Shown here: positions 12,521 through 26,004 of the stretch, one piece after another
How positions within the stretch are numbered: the first letter of the stretch is position 1
Layout of the letters: each line of letters starts with the position of its first letter
NCBI GenBank assembly: GCA_030390025.1
Contig: CM059432.1
Span: forward strand, 55,740,001 to 55,804,000
Direction of reading: 5' to 3'
Origin: Squalus acanthias
Taxonomy: Eukaryota
DNA: 64,000 nt
Position numbers and translations under genes: made by a program
The notes under the pieces: model-generated
The model's input: only the letters and a program-made list of their open reading frames with translations
Databases searched by the model: none
What the model was told of the DNA's origin: nothing

Positions 12521-14099
12521 TAAGGCATGGCCGCCAATAATAGGGAAAAGAGAATGGGTGGTGCACAAGAGACCAGAGTCAGAAGAACGGAGAGTATATA
12601 AGGGATGGAGGCAGAATGTAGGGCTGGAGAAAGTTAAAGAGATGGGATGGCGCAACGCCATGCACAAGAGTGAAAACTTTAAACGTGAGGTGCTGGAGGA
12701 CTGGGAGCCAATACAGGTCGGCAACGACAGGGGTGATGGATAAGCAGGAATTGATATAGGATACAATACGGCAACAGAGTTTTGGATGAACTTAAGTTTA
12801 CGAAGGTCAGGATGGGAGGCTGGCTAGGAGAGCACTGGAATAATCGATTCTGGAGATGACAAACGCATAGATGAGGGTTTTAACGGCAAATGGGCTAAGG
12901 TATAGGATGGAGGCAGACAGATACGCACATGGAATTAGATGTTTTTTGTGATGGAGAGGATGTGGAATCAGAAGCTCAGCTTGGAGTCAAATAGAATACC
13001 AAAGTTGTGGTTCTGCTTCAGCCTGAGACAGTGGCCAAATGGAATAGGTGGCAAGGGTTTGAAGTTTGTGGCAGGGCCGAAGACGATGGCTTCTGTGATC
13101 CCAATGTTTAGCTGGAGGAAACTGTGGCTCATCCAAAACCGGGTGTCGGACAAACAGTATGATAACACAGTAGCAGCGAAGGGGTCGAGAAAAGTGATAG
13201 AGTGCAAAGCTGAGTGTCATCAGCATACATGTAGAAACTGACCCCATGTCTGTGGATGATATCGCCAAAGGGCAATATGTAGATGAGGAAAAGGAGGGGG
13301 CCTAGGAAAAATCCAGAAATGGAAAGAGAAGCTGTTGCTGGAGATGCTACAATCAGAGAGGTAAAAGTGGAACCAAGCAAGGGCAGTTCCACCAAGCTGG
13401 ACAACAGAGAAGAATCGTTGGGAGGAGAATGCTGTGGTCAACATATCAAAGGCTAGAGAAAGATCGAGGAGGACAAGAAAGCATAATGCACTATGGTTAC
13501 AGTCACAGAAGATGTAATTTGTGACTTTGATTAGGGCCACTGCGATGCTGTGGAAGGGGCAGAAACCTTCTTGGAGAGATTCAAACAGGGAGTTGTGCGA
13601 GAGCTGGGCAAAATTCATTCAAGGACTTTGGAATGGAAAAGGAGGTTGGAGATGGTGAGGAGCTTTGCAAGGACAGAAGGATTTTTTTGAGGAAGGAGTG
13701 ACGATGGTTGTTTTGAAAGGGGACAGTACATGAGGAGAAGGAACCGTTTACAACATCAGCTAGCACTGGGGCCAGGAAAGGAAGTTAGGTGGTCAGCAGT
13801 TTAGTGGAACTGGAGGTGAGAGAGCAGGAGATGGGTTTCATGATGAGCTCGGAGAGGGTATGAGGGGTTATAGCTAGAGAAAGACGTGGGTTCAGGGATA
13901 GGGTGGAGGAAAGCTGCAGAGACAGCTGAACGGATAATGTCAATCTCTGTGACAAAGAAGTACATGAGCTCCTTGCACTTGCTGTTAGAGGTGTTTTTCA
14001 TCTGTTACCTCTCTTTCCTAATGGTATGTGTCTGTTCTGTACTTTGTATATAGTATTTTTAAACATAATCCACTCTTTCATGTTTTTCCCCTCTAACAG

Positions 14100-14445
14100 T
14101 GCTATCTAGTCTAGTTTTCTGAGATCACCTCTCACTGTGTCAAAATCTGCCTTTCCAAAGTTGAATGTTTCTATTATACTCATTCTGTTTCCTGTCATAA
14201 GGCTAACCTTAAACACCATTATACTGTCACCACTGCTAAGGTGTTCTCAGATTTTGACCTGCTCTACCATCTCCTAGTTGTTACTTAATATCAGGTCAAA
14301 CAGTACGCCTGCTTGCTTGGGTTCCTTGACTAATTGTTTCATGTAACAATCCAATATTGTGTCCACAATCATGTTTTCACTCCTCTTGCACCCTTTATAG
14401 ATTTCCCAATCTATCCCTGATAAATTGAAATCACCCATAACAACT
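14100..14445 (-). mobile_element. Old CR1 endonuclease-domain fragment
   Basis: Minus-strand remnants VMGDFN..GIDW and DLILSN. Confidence 0.6.
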
Positions 14446-16379
14446 TAATTATAACTAAGTTCTCTTTTGCTAAGGCCCCCACTCCCATTTAAGGCCATTA
14501 CCGCCAGGCAAAACAAGTTAAAATTGACCCCAATGACCCCAATCTCCCGCATTGAGTACTGTTACCCTTTATAGATATTAGGATCTGATAGCCGGAATCT
14601 AGTAGTTCAGATTAATATTTATAATACTAAGAATGGAGAGAGTTGGTGGTAAACTATGCACTTAAGTATTTCATGAGAGTGATTTTCTGTTGAGAGATAC
14701 AGAATTTCCTATAAATGGAGATGTGAAACCTTCAGCTTAAAAGCAGAAATAATAAACATTTAAGAATGATACCGTTAAGTGGAATATACTACATATACAA
14801 CATACCAACCAAAATACTACTTATAACAAGCTAACCACTTTTCTGCTGATGGAAATTTTTGGAAGGAGACAGTTTAATTAGCTACTTTGCTAGTACTTAT
14901 TACATTAAATGCTGTGGAGGGGTCAAATCCAAAGTTTCAGTCTCATGGTTCTGTGTAGCTTCTATTTTAGCCTAAAGAAGTATTGTCTCTTTAAAAGATT
15001 AAACTCTATGTACAAACACAAAGCATATCATTCTAAAACAAAATGACACAATCTCAGAGAACCCTGCTCCGATTAGATAACAGTTAATGTCCAACTAATC
15101 ATGGTAAAGTATAAGTAAAACACGTTATAATCAAGATCCCATTTTCCTAATTGCACAGCTAGTTAATGATACACGAAGACAGAAGCTTCTAATATTTCTC
15201 ATTAAATAGCTTGCTAACTGAATTATCACAGCTAAATATATTGCATATTAAAGAGAAAAATAGCAATTTAAACTATTTTAATTTTTTTTTAATAAAGTGA
15301 GTACTTCAAGAGAAGCAGATTTACCTCCCAGGAACATTATTCTATATCGCAAGCTGCATTTTCTGGAGGGAGATGGGGTTGATAATCTCGAAACCCCAGT
15401 GAGCAGAAGTGCTGGGCTGATTACTTTTAATTAAGAGATTTGTACTAAACACTAAATGGTTACCCTCCCCTACTCATTCAACTAAAAGTGTTATGTAAAT
15501 TCTGTTGCCAAATTCAGTTATGGTTTTACACTAAGTATCCATGGCCAGTAAAAATAAATCACCTGTGAATGAGCTGGCTTCAGTTTTCAGATACACAGCA
15601 ATCCTTTGACCTTCAGAGAAACTAACCAGTATCTCAATAAAAATCAAATGTCTGTAAAAAGTGTAGTTAATTGTCTACCCAATGTTGTTTTAAGGTTGGG
15701 TTTTATCACTAAACAACTAAATTTCACCCTTGCAAACATCTGCCCTTTGCCCTCTTGTTACAAAAGTGACCTAGTTCAAATCTAAGTCTCAAGTCAAAGA
15801 TGGATGGCCAGTAAAGTGCTTTTTAGAATCAGATACAAAAATTGAAACGAGATCTCCAAAGAAAATAAAAACACCTTTCCTCACCCAGAGGAGACTTTGA
15901 ACTAGTTCACATACATTCCTTACAAGAAAAAACAGTGACTTACAACAAGAATTAGGAACCTTAATGTCACATTATTCAAATTAGAATCCAAAAAAGCTAC
16001 AGATTAAGATAATAGTACCCCTTTCTTGACGTCAGCAGAGAGTGTTCAACTCTGCAATAAACACAGAGAAAATTGTGGCTATTAAGGGTTTGATGTAACA
16101 TTATTTCTCTGCTGCTCAGTAAACGTGATGCACAATTAGCCTTGTACACCCACACTCTTGTTTTGCCTGGTTTCAGAGACCTCCTTTTCAGATTTTCTTT
16201 GTGCACATGTTTCTAAAATTCATACACATTGCTCAACTTGTTATAGCTGGAAATTGAACAACAAATATTCTAGGTCTGACAAATTAAAACCAGGGTGCAT
16301 GGTGGTGCAGCATATTGGAGCTCCATGACAATGTGCTACAGACAGTATTGAGTTCACAGCCACAATTCCCCTTCAAGTA

Positions 16380-16735
16380 TCAGCTTTCCTCAGTGAAGCA
16401 TTCTTGGCATCTGAGTCAGATGGTTGTGGGTTGAAGCTCCACTTGAGCACAAAATCAACAATGCAGTACTGAGGGAGTGCTGCGTTGTCAGAGGTGTCAG
16501 CTTTCAGATGAGATGCTAAACCAAAGCTCCATCTGCCTGTTCAGGCACTATTTAAAGAAGAGAAGGCGAACTCTCCAACAAACAGATTAGTCATTTAATC
16601 TTCATTTCTATTTGTGGGAATTTACTGTATGGATATTGGGTGCCAAATTTGCCTATGTAACAACAGTAACTACACTTCAAAATAATTAATTGACTGTGAA
16701 GTGCTTTGGGATATTCTAAGGACATGAAAGACACT
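16380..16735 (+). mobile_element. Degenerate SacSINE1-like SINE cut at its tail by a MITE
   Basis: GCAGTACTGAGGGAGTGCTGC...GATGAGATGCTAAACC shared with 8514-9112. Confidence 0.7.
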
Positions 16736-17713
16736 GGCTTAGAAATCCAATAAAGCTCGTAAACAGGTGGTGCCACCGCAAGACAAGGTTTGCTTGCGCC
16801 CGTAAAAAGATCACCGCCAGCACCGGAACTTAGTGCTGCCTGCTCATTATCATTATTGTGGCGTTCAGCCCAGCGCTGAACGGCTGAACACCCAGCAAGG
16901 ACTCTGAGGTAGGTCGGGATGCAGGGCCGACATCGGGGGGAGGACGGAACTCGGGGACAGCATCTGGGCGGGAGGTCGGTGCCAGGATCAGGGGGGAGGT
17001 CGGGGCTCAGGGCCAGGATCAGGGGGTGGGGTCGGGACTCGGAGCCAACATCGGGGGGACGTCGGGACTCGGCGTCAGGATCGGGAGGGGGAGATCGGGG
17101 CCAGGATCGGGGGGGAGGTCGGGACTCGGAGCCAACATCGGGGGGACGTCGGGACTCGGGGTCAGCATCGGGAGGATATCGGGACTCATGGACAGCATCA
17201 GGGGAGGCGGTCGGGGCCAGAAGCGAGGGAACGTCGGGACTTGAGGCCAGCATCAGGGGCAGGTTGGGACGGGGCCAACATCAGGGGCAGGTCGGGACTC
17301 GGGGGGTTCCTGCAGGTCGGGGCCAGGATCGGGAGGAGATCGGAGAGAGCCTGGAGGTTGGGAGTCGGGAGGGAGGTCGGAGATGATAATGGTAATTGGT
17401 AAGTACTTACATTTTTTTCATTCAGTGCTGTTTAACGTTTGTTTTTCCGGGGGTAAACATCGCTGGCGCTGGTTGCCTCAGACGCAAGCCAAATTTGCAA
17501 GAGGGAGCAGAAGGAGGCATAAGGCCCCTTATTTGAATATGTTAATGGCCTAACACCTGTTTCAGACAAAGCTAAACAACACCTCTTTTTTTGCCCTCAA
17601 CAATATGGCGTCAGGCACTACCTGTGCCTGAAGTGGGCAGCAGCGAGGCGAATGCCATTTTTTCCATATAACCGGCCTTAACAGCTGGTGCTAAAGCCCC
17701 GAATTTCTAGGTC
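16736..17713. mobile_element. Harbinger-type MITE
   Basis: TIR-like GGCTTAGAAAT / ATTTCTAGGTC, similar to the 773 end; internal GCCCAGCGCTGAA motif shared with 905-920; TSD not recognisable. Confidence 0.7.
16910..17382 (+). repeat. G-rich ~29-30 bp tandem repeat inside the MITE
   Basis: Units like GGTCGGGACTCGGGGCCAGGATCGGGGGGA; higher-order ~88-bp duplication (17010-17088 vs 17098-17176). Confidence 0.85.
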
Positions 17714-17816
17714 AGCAGGTTCGCTGCTCTGCGAGTCTGGGGCTTCTATCCGCCGCTCTTTATATACGGCTCTCCTCTCTGTTCTGACCAGGATCGCTGC
17801 TCGACTAAATTCATAC

Positions 17817-19246
17817 CTCCCTGGATGACGAAACAGATAGAGAATATGATGAAGCAGAAAAAGGGTGTGTATGACAGGTGTCAGGTTGCAAATACATCTG
17901 AGAATCAGGCTATATACAGAAAGGTCAGAGGAGAAGTGAAAAAGAAATTAAGAGGGGCAAAGAGAGGGTATGAGAATAGAATGGTAGCCAACATAAAAGG
18001 TAATCCAAAAGTCTTCTATAGGCATATAAATAGTAAAAGGGTAGTAAGAGGAGGGGTGGGCCGATTAGGGACCAAAAAGGAGACCTATGCATGGAGGCAG
18101 AGGGTATGGCTGAGGTACTAAATGAGTACTTTGCATCTGTCTTCACCAAGGAAGAGGATGCTGCCATAGATATAGTAAAGGAGGAGGTAGTGGAGACACT
18201 TGATAGGATAAAAATTGATAAAGATGTATTAGAAAGGCTGTCTGTACTTAAAGTAGATAAATCACCAGGAGCGGATGGGAAGCATCCAAGGATGCTGAGG
18301 GAAATGAAGGCGGAAATCGTGGAGGTACTGGCCATAATATTCCAATCCTCCATAGATACGGGGGTGGTGCCAGAAGACTGGAGAATCGCAAATGTTACAC
18401 CCTTGTTCAAAAAAGGGTGTAAAGATAAACCCAGCAACTACAGGCCAGTCAGTTTAACCTCGGTAGTGGGGAAGCTTTTAGAAACAGTAATCAGGGACAA
18501 AATTAACAGTCACTTGGATAGGTGTGGATTAATTAAGGAAAGCCAGCACGGATTTGTTAAAGGCAAATCGTGTTTAACCAACTTGATCGAGTTTTCTGAT
18601 GAGGTAACAGAGAGGGTTGATGAGGGTAATGCGGTTGACGTAGAGTACATGGATTTCCAAAAGGCATTCGACAAAGTGCCACATAATAGGTTCACCAGCA
18701 AAGTTGAAGCCCATGGAATAAAAGGGACAGTAGCAGCATGGATACGAAATTGGCTAAGTGACAGGAAACAGAGAGTAGTGGTGAACGGTTGTTTTTCGGA
18801 CTGGAGGAAGGTATACAGTGGTGTTCCCCTGGGGCCGGTTCTAGGACCACTGTTTTTCTTGATATATATTAATGACTTGGACGTGGGTGTACAGGGCACA
18901 ATTTCAAAATTTGCAGATGACACAAAACTTGGAAGTATAGTGAACAGTGAGGAGGAGAGGGATAGACTTCAAGAAGACATAAACAGGCTGGTGAAATGGG
19001 CGGACACGTGGCAGATGAAATTTAACGCAGAAAAGTGTGAAGTGATACATTTTGGTAGAAAGAATGAGGAGAGGACATATAAACTAAATGGTACAATCCT
19101 GAAGCGGGTACACGAACAGAGAGACCTGGGGGTATGTGTGCACAAATCGTTGAAGGTGGCAGGGCAGGTTGAGAAAGCAGATTAGAAAGGTTTACGGGAT
19201 CCTGGACTTCATAAGTAGAGGTATAGAGTACAATAGTGTGGAAATG
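17817..19246 (+). mobile_element. CR1 LINE fragment (young subfamily, near-identical to 26005-28017)
   Basis: 364-aa ORF 18091-19185 covering the RT domain (NYRPVSLTS, QHGF, FADD); both ends truncated. Confidence 0.95.
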
Positions 19247-19289
19247 CTGGGATACAGTGTAAGCCTTAGCCCATTGCCCCAAAGATCAT

Positions 19290-19717
19290 GGGCAACACGG
19301 TGGCATAGTGGTTAGCACTGCTGCCTCACAGCGCCAGAGACCCGGGTTCGAATCTGACCTCGGGTGACTGTCTGTGTGGAGTTTGCACATTCTCCCCGTG
19401 TCTGCGTGGGTTTCCTCCGGGTGCTCCGGTTTCCTCCCACAGTCCAAAAATGTGCGGGTTAGGTTGATTTGGCTATGATAAATTGACCCTTAGTGTTAAG
19501 GGGGGATTAAATATGTGGGGTTATGGGGATAGGATGGGATATGTTAGGGGGAATTAAATACGTGGGGTTACGGGGGTAGGGTGGGATATGTGTACTGTGG
19601 GGATTAAAGCAGGGACAGGGTACTGGATTTGGATGATCAGCCATGATCGTATTGAATGGTGGAGCAGGCTCGACGGGCCGAATGGCCTACTCCTGCTTCT
19701 AGATTCTATGTTTCTAT
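19290..19717 (+). mobile_element. HE1-like V-SINE
   Basis: tRNA head GGTGGCATAGTGGTTAGCACTG...GGTTCGAATC, V-domain GTGTGGAGTTTGCACATTCTCCCCGTGTCTGCGTGGGTTTCCTCCGGG, CR1-type tail. Confidence 0.9.
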
Positions 19718-20791
19718 CAACCAACTCAGTGCAACCGGGGTTGAATTTAAGACCTTCTGTGTCTGTGTGGCTTAGCTATGCACTAGATAAACTTGCTGCA
19801 ACATCGGGGGAGGGGGAGAAGGCATTCCTAAATCTGATTAAACTTGAGTCCTCTCTTTAGCAACATAACAACCTTCGCAATCCGTCATAACTGGATGAGT
19901 ACAAAGAGAAAATATGATGCTTCATTTGCCAGTACAATTTATTGCAACAGTAATTGTGCCCGATAGGTGGGGAAAGTAAAGTTATAGTCAATGGGCACTA
20001 CAATGTAGGAGATACACAAGGTGACTAGCTGTTCCATTTTTTATGTTATACTCTCTCAATGAAAAGTGGCTACCCTCAATATAACAATGACTGGAAACTT
20101 GCTATACCAAGAACTACAAGTGTGAGCCTGCATTAGCACAACCACACCATCATTGGAGAAGCTGACCGCAATTACAATTTTTTCACCCTGCCACCCCCCA
20201 CACAACACCCCCCCTCCCCGACCCACCCGGCCCACCTTTCCTAAAAATACTTACTCATACATGTAGCACAACCCTCTGGTATATCATCCAATTGGCCATA
20301 ATTTCCCACATTACAACAGTGACTCCACATCAAAATTGCTTCATTGGCTGTAAAGTGCTTTCAGACATCCGGTGGTCGTGAAAGGCGCTATAGAAATGCA
20401 AGTCTTTCTTTTATAATTCACATTTGAGTCTGGTCAGCGAGTGTCACGGGTTATTCAATCCTCAAACTCACAAAAAACTGTAATTGCAAGTCTACTGGTG
20501 GGACAAAGGAGCTGGATTTCGCAGTGTAAATGCCAGGACCTGATTCATGGATCTTAATCTCCCAGAATCCAACTTAAGAGGCCAATAAAGAAGCAGCATC
20601 CAACCAGGATAACTGGATAGTAATCAGAAATGGAAATCTGGCTGATTTTTCTTCCCTCCTAGTTCAAGGGCACTGAGGCCAATTTCAGCATACCTACTGT
20701 CACTCAGCTGAGTTCGGCTAACTCAGCACAGACGAGAAATGGAAGCTCTCATTTTTTAATGCACCTTTCTTTATTTCTGAGCACTAATGGC

Positions 20792-20920
20792 CAATGTTCC
20801 CCCTAAGGTGCGCGGCCGCAATCAGGAAGTCCCACGCAGGCTGCTCACCAGCTGCTACTGCTGGAAAAGATACTGTGCTGCGCAGCCACTGCACAGCAAT
20901 AAAAATGAGAGGGAACAGTG
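20792..20920. mobile_element. 129-bp hAT-type MITE
   Basis: TIR CAATGTTCCCCCT / AGAGGGAACAGTG; 8-bp TSD CTAATGGC (20784-20791) / CTAATGGG (20921-20928). Confidence 0.8.
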
Positions 20921-23309
20921 CTAATGGGGTAAAAAAAAATCTGCAATATTTACAAGTTGGCTCTTGGTAATTAGATAGATGCAAGTACACAACAAATTAA
21001 AGACATTAAAGACTATAACATAAATGGGACTTTACTAAAACATAAAGTCACTAGTTAGACAAAACTGCTCTTTCAAATTTCTAAATTGAAAACTTTTGAT
21101 TAAAAAAAGCAATTGGTTGACAATAAAAAGTGCAATAGCCTAATAAAAGGGCTTCCATAGCACTAGGACAGAGAATAAGTGACAGATAAAGAAATTCAAT
21201 GTCATTTTGGATTTTGCAGTCTCAAACTACAGATCTTAGAACAACCAGCTACCCCCACCCTCCCCTCATCCCCTCCCCACCTTTGTTTCTCCCAGCAGGC
21301 TCACAGCCTTTCAAACAAAACCTGAATGACAGCTATGGGCTATTCCAGCCTCATTCCTGATCATCCATGCCAAACAGGATGGATCTCTCCTATGTAAACT
21401 TCCCAGGCATCTTTGCACCCAAGGGCTACCACACATTTCACCAAGGTGGGGGAGGGGAAATCATGAATAGGATAGCAGAAGCAAACATTATGCTGAGTAA
21501 TGCCAGTAAACCTATAATGGGTGTGATTATTGGGAGGAGGGGGTCCTTGCTTTATGGCATCTGGCCAATATTGCATCTTCCATAGTTCCTGTATTTAATA
21601 TAACATTGGTTGAGTACAATGTCATCAAGATCAGTATTATCTACAAACACCATCAATTGTCCTCCAGCAACAAAGCCCTGCTCACTGGAAATCAATCCCC
21701 TCAGGACAGATGGCCTGTGTTTCAAGTGGCATCTCCCTCCTTGTGCGAAAAAAACTTAATCAGCATTTTCTGCTCCCTAGCAACATTCAAAGGAAATATT
21801 TGCATGACTAAAGCTTTATATATATATAGATAGATAGATAGCTACCAAGGACAGTGCTGGAGATCGCTGCAATACATAGGTCACTGTGTTAATTTTAAAG
21901 TGTTCCATTTAACAATGCAGAATTTTTTTAATTGATGAGATATAGCTAACAATTACATGGAGATATGTCATGTCAAGTAGATTAATGACCACTTTCTTAT
22001 CCTGATAATGGAGATTTTTATTCCCCCGTTCACCAATGATCGTGAGGTATGACTGTTTCAAGCTCTTGTTACTCGGGTTCCCGTTGTAAAATAAATATCT
22101 CCTAGAAAGATGATGTGTTGTGCATCAGCTTTATCTGTTCATCATTTGCTCTGTGATTCCCTTTACTCTTGTTAGAAGAGATTTAGGGATATTCAAGTGA
22201 AATTTGGAACAACATTTAAAAAGTGTCATCAAAGCTAAACATCCAAGACTTTTTTCTCAAACTTGACTCAGCTGTGAAAAAAAAATGGCTCCAACATGTC
22301 TGGATCCTGCAGTGATCCAAAATAAAGAGGAATGCTGACAATCACATTTTGTGATTCTACCTCAGGGAAAAAGAGGTGGAAATAGCATTAGCTCTGGGAC
22401 TAAGATGAGGATGGGAAGACCATCTGTTTGTTTAACCGCTTTATTCGTCCCAAAAAATAAATCAATAGTTCTGGAGGACCTTAAATTGATATATCCTGAG
22501 GAACAAAACTGTCACCTACCATATCTTATCTCTCTTTGTCCTAAAATATCACCAGTTTACAAACACAGGCTTCAGAAATGACTGTCACTTCACTCCAGCT
22601 GCTTCACAACTTGAAAACAATTTCTGATTCACTAAATGTCTTGCAATAATTATTTACACCTCACTAAGGATTGCATTCAACTGCCTAGGACAGTCACTCT
22701 CTTCAGAAACAGGCTCACTGACTTTTGGTCTGTCACTTTTTTGGGAGGGTGGCTGTATTCATAATCTCACAAAATATCCCACAATTCACTATTCTTAAAA
22801 CCAGCAGTTATGCACTGTTTTGCCTCAATGTATAACCTTGTATTCTAAATCTGTCTTTACTAATTTTAAAAAGAGAATAAAATTCAGCAATATTATTACA
22901 GAAATCACCAAACAAAACATGTATGCGGTGAAGTTTGCACCCAAAATCTACACATTTTTGGCAGGGAGAAGTGAGGATGCAGAGGGAAATCTGATCCAGC
23001 TAAAAGTTTCAAAAAAAATAATTTCTGGAAATTCGCAGTTCTGTGAAAATACAAAACAAATTTTCTGCAATGTGCCACATTTAGGAACAGTATGTGAAGG
23101 AAATAAGCAGTAATATAAAAACATTTTCACCAGCCCTCACTATAATACTCATACTCTATGACCATGACCCGCTCATGAACAAAACAGAGGGGAGAATGCG
23201 CACATGCAACAAATGTTACTGAGGACCACAAATGAAGTAGTTGTCTCCATCTCAGGCGGCAAGATGGGGTAAAGTGAATAATGAAAATGATACACTTAAG
23301 AAAGAAAAA

Positions 23310-23686
23310 AGAAAAGCATTTATATAGCACCTTTCACAACCTCAGGATGTCCCAAATGAATTTACAGCCTATGAAGTACTTTTGAAGTGCAGTCACTGTT
23401 GTAATGTAGGAAACGCAGCAGCCATTTTATGTATAGCATGGTCCCACTTACAGCAATGTGATAATGACCAGATAATCTGTTTTAATGGTCTTGGTTGAGG
23501 GATAAATATTGGCCAATACACCAGAGAGAACTCCCCTTCAAAAGAGTGCCATGGGATCTTTAAGTCCACCTGAGAGGGCAGACGGGGCCTTGGTTTAACG
23601 TCTCATCCAAAAGACGGCACCTCAGACAGTGCAGCACTCCCTCAGTACTGCACTGGAGTGTCCGCCTACATTTTGTGCTCAAGTCT
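23310..23686 (-). mobile_element. SacSINE1-like SINE (head missing)
   Basis: Reverse complement of the Deu domain and tail. Confidence 0.85.
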
Positions 23687-24162
23687 TAAACACTTGAATG
23701 CTGTACATCAGGATTTGTTTGAACTTTCTTTCATGTTACATGGTACAGACTAGAGGTTTGTTTCGTAAAGCATTGACACATACTCATTCTCACTCTCCTA
23801 TGTGCATTAACAAAAGGAGACACACTAACAGATTTGAATATGGAACCCTTCTTTTCATTGTATAATTTTGAGTAACCACTGATGAGAAGCAGCTCCTGTT
23901 TTGTACAGCAATCTCCTTTTAAGTCAAGCTCTATTAATTCACAAACTTGAATAACTTGCAGATTATAATGTGCTTTTCTATCATCTAGATCAAGGGTTCT
24001 CAACCTCTTTGCTTCCGAGGCCCCCCTCCCAAGTTATAAAAATTCCGCAGACCCCCTGTAACAAAACACAAGTTGTTTTTCTGTATAAAAATTAGTTATT
24101 AGTTATTAATAGCTCTATTACACCTTATATAAAGAAGAATTTATTAAGTCCTAAATGTACAT

Positions 24163-25133
24163 AAGCAAAATACTGCAGATGCTGGAAATCTGAAATAAAA
24201 ATAGAAAATGCTGGAAATGCTCAGCAGGTCAGGCAGCATCTGTAGAGAGAGAAACAGAGTTAACGTTTCAGGTCTGACGAAAGGTCATCGACCTGAAACA
24301 TTGGCCTGGATTTTGCAGTGGGTAATGATGGCGAACTGTCAGCATTTGATGTCATTACCCCTCTGAAAGTGACCACAACTACAGAATCTAATGCAAGCAA
24401 ATTGAAGCGAGGAAATCTTGAAGTTGCAGTCAGTTATTCACTGCTCCAACACAGGCTACCCCCCGCCCCCCAACCAACACCCCCACCACCCCCCCGCTCC
24501 CACCACATAGCCGGCAATCAGTGTAATCAGTGGAACTGACGAAAACTTGGGCTTTTCTGCGCTAATATCGCTGTTAAATGCCCCATTAAATGTTAAGCCA
24601 TGTTGGAATAGGTGTAACTGGGGTTTTAACAGCGTATTGACTGCTAAACCACTGGCCCTGAAAAACTAATTTTTATATTTTTGGAGTGTCAAATTTCTCC
24701 ATTATGCTAAGAATTACAAGTTTTTAAAAGTTTTTTCATGATATTTCAGCTTTTTTCTTATCCCCATGTGAAAGTCCCAATCTTTATTTTGCTCTCTGTA
24801 ACATTTTTTAAAAGTCCAGATAAAAGCTGCTTTTCATTTCCTGGTTTGCTGTCTGTGAGAATTTTTCAATGTGATTGGATGCTTACGTCCACCCGACCTC
24901 ACTGCAGCTTTTCGATGGGAATTCCCATTACGGAGCGCTACAATCAAATGCACGTTGAGAAAGGCAAACTTCTCACCACAGAAATCGCGAGATCTCTGTG
25001 GGCAGCTTTCTTCAAGGCCAACGGCGAGCGCCTTTGCTTCGCCACTGACTGCAAATTACAGGCCGTTAATTCTGTTTCTCTCTCCACAGATGCTGCCTGA
25101 CCTGCTGTGTATTTCCAGCATTTTCTGTTTTTA
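24163..25133. mobile_element. Head-to-head Penelope pseudo-LTR pair with 14-bp TSD
   Basis: Minus copy 24163-24273, plus copy 24274-24302 + 25065-25133. TSD TCCTAAATGTACAT (24149-24162) / TCCTAAATTTACAT (25134-25147). Confidence 0.85.
24303..25064. mobile_element. Harbinger-type MITE (GGCC TIR) inserted in the pLTR hammerhead
   Basis: TIR GGCCTGGATTTTGCAGT / ACTGCAAATTACAGGCC (15/17); flanks ATT (24300-24302) and GTT (25065-25067). Confidence 0.88.
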
Positions 25134-25499
25134 TCCTAAATTTACATTATGTGCCCATTTGCAGATGGCACATGAGAGAAATGGAGGAATAAACAGGGCA
25201 TGGAACGACTTTATCCACCCGACCTCATTGCCATAAATCCTTTAGTGACAAAAGTAGTCTCCCCCTTTCCTCCTCTCCAACCCTTTCACAAATAGCCAGC
25301 GGTATCTCAAAGGACATGAGCGCCCAGACTAGGCCTATCCATCCGTCAGAGAAGCACATGGCCATGAATATAAAGCTCCAAGTCTGAGGTACAAGGAAAA
25401 TCGTGATAAGGCCTTCAGCTATTTTGTTAACTCAGACTAAAGACATTGAAGGAGAGAATCACACAGGATGCCGATTATTACAGCCTTGCCCGCAGGCTC

Positions 25500-25960
25500 A
25501 GGGACTGAAAAGTCTCTTTCTTTCCATCACCTCCACCCCCCCCACCCCCAGGCCACGTGGCGCACGCGCACTCTCTCCATTAACAGCGCTCTTTTCAAAT
25601 GCGCGAGCGACTTCTAACCGACACAGGGCAGCTCCGCACAAGGGGAAAGAAAAGGGCTGAAAGACAGGTTCGCACTACCTGAGCCCACCTAACGTCAGAC
25701 TAACTCATGGCCTTCCCCACCCCCAACTCCGGTTTTAATCCCCCGGAAGAGAAGTTATAAATTCCACTATTTTACTTAATAGTTAAAAGCGTTGAGTGAG
25801 TGGTTTATGAACGTGGAAGCGATTAGCGCTGGATCAAAAAAAAATTACCGAGTTAAATAGTGCTGTAAAAGTCAGTGATACGAAAAGGGACTTGTCTAAG
25901 CGTTCAATTGGTGTCCAACAGTAAGAACCTGAATTCACTGCGCACGCACAGTCTTTGTAT
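25500..25960 (-). promoter_or_regulatory. CpG-retaining promoter-like segment inside the hAT element
   Basis: NRF1-like GCGCACGCGC (~25559) and TGCGCACGCA (~25939), E-box CACGTG (~25554), possible minus-strand donor CAG|GTAGTG near 25678. Function and strand are inferred. Confidence 0.35.
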
Positions 25961-26004
25961 AGCTGAGACTATTCCAGTCATCACAATATACAGGGGAGAC
26001 GACT

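Larger units (their letters stand above)
9812..13990 (-). mobile_element. L2 LINE (decayed), interrupted by CR1 at 10016-12520
   Basis: Minus-strand L2 RT remnants ([47 protein letters not shown]) and L2 tail at 9812. Sequence CCTAGGCGGC...AAGGCATGGCC resumes across the CR1. Confidence 0.85.

Noticed and set aside
16591..17386. Pro-rich and Gly/Arg-rich ORFs of 155-220 aa
   Set aside because: Artefacts of the stop-free G-rich tandem repeat.
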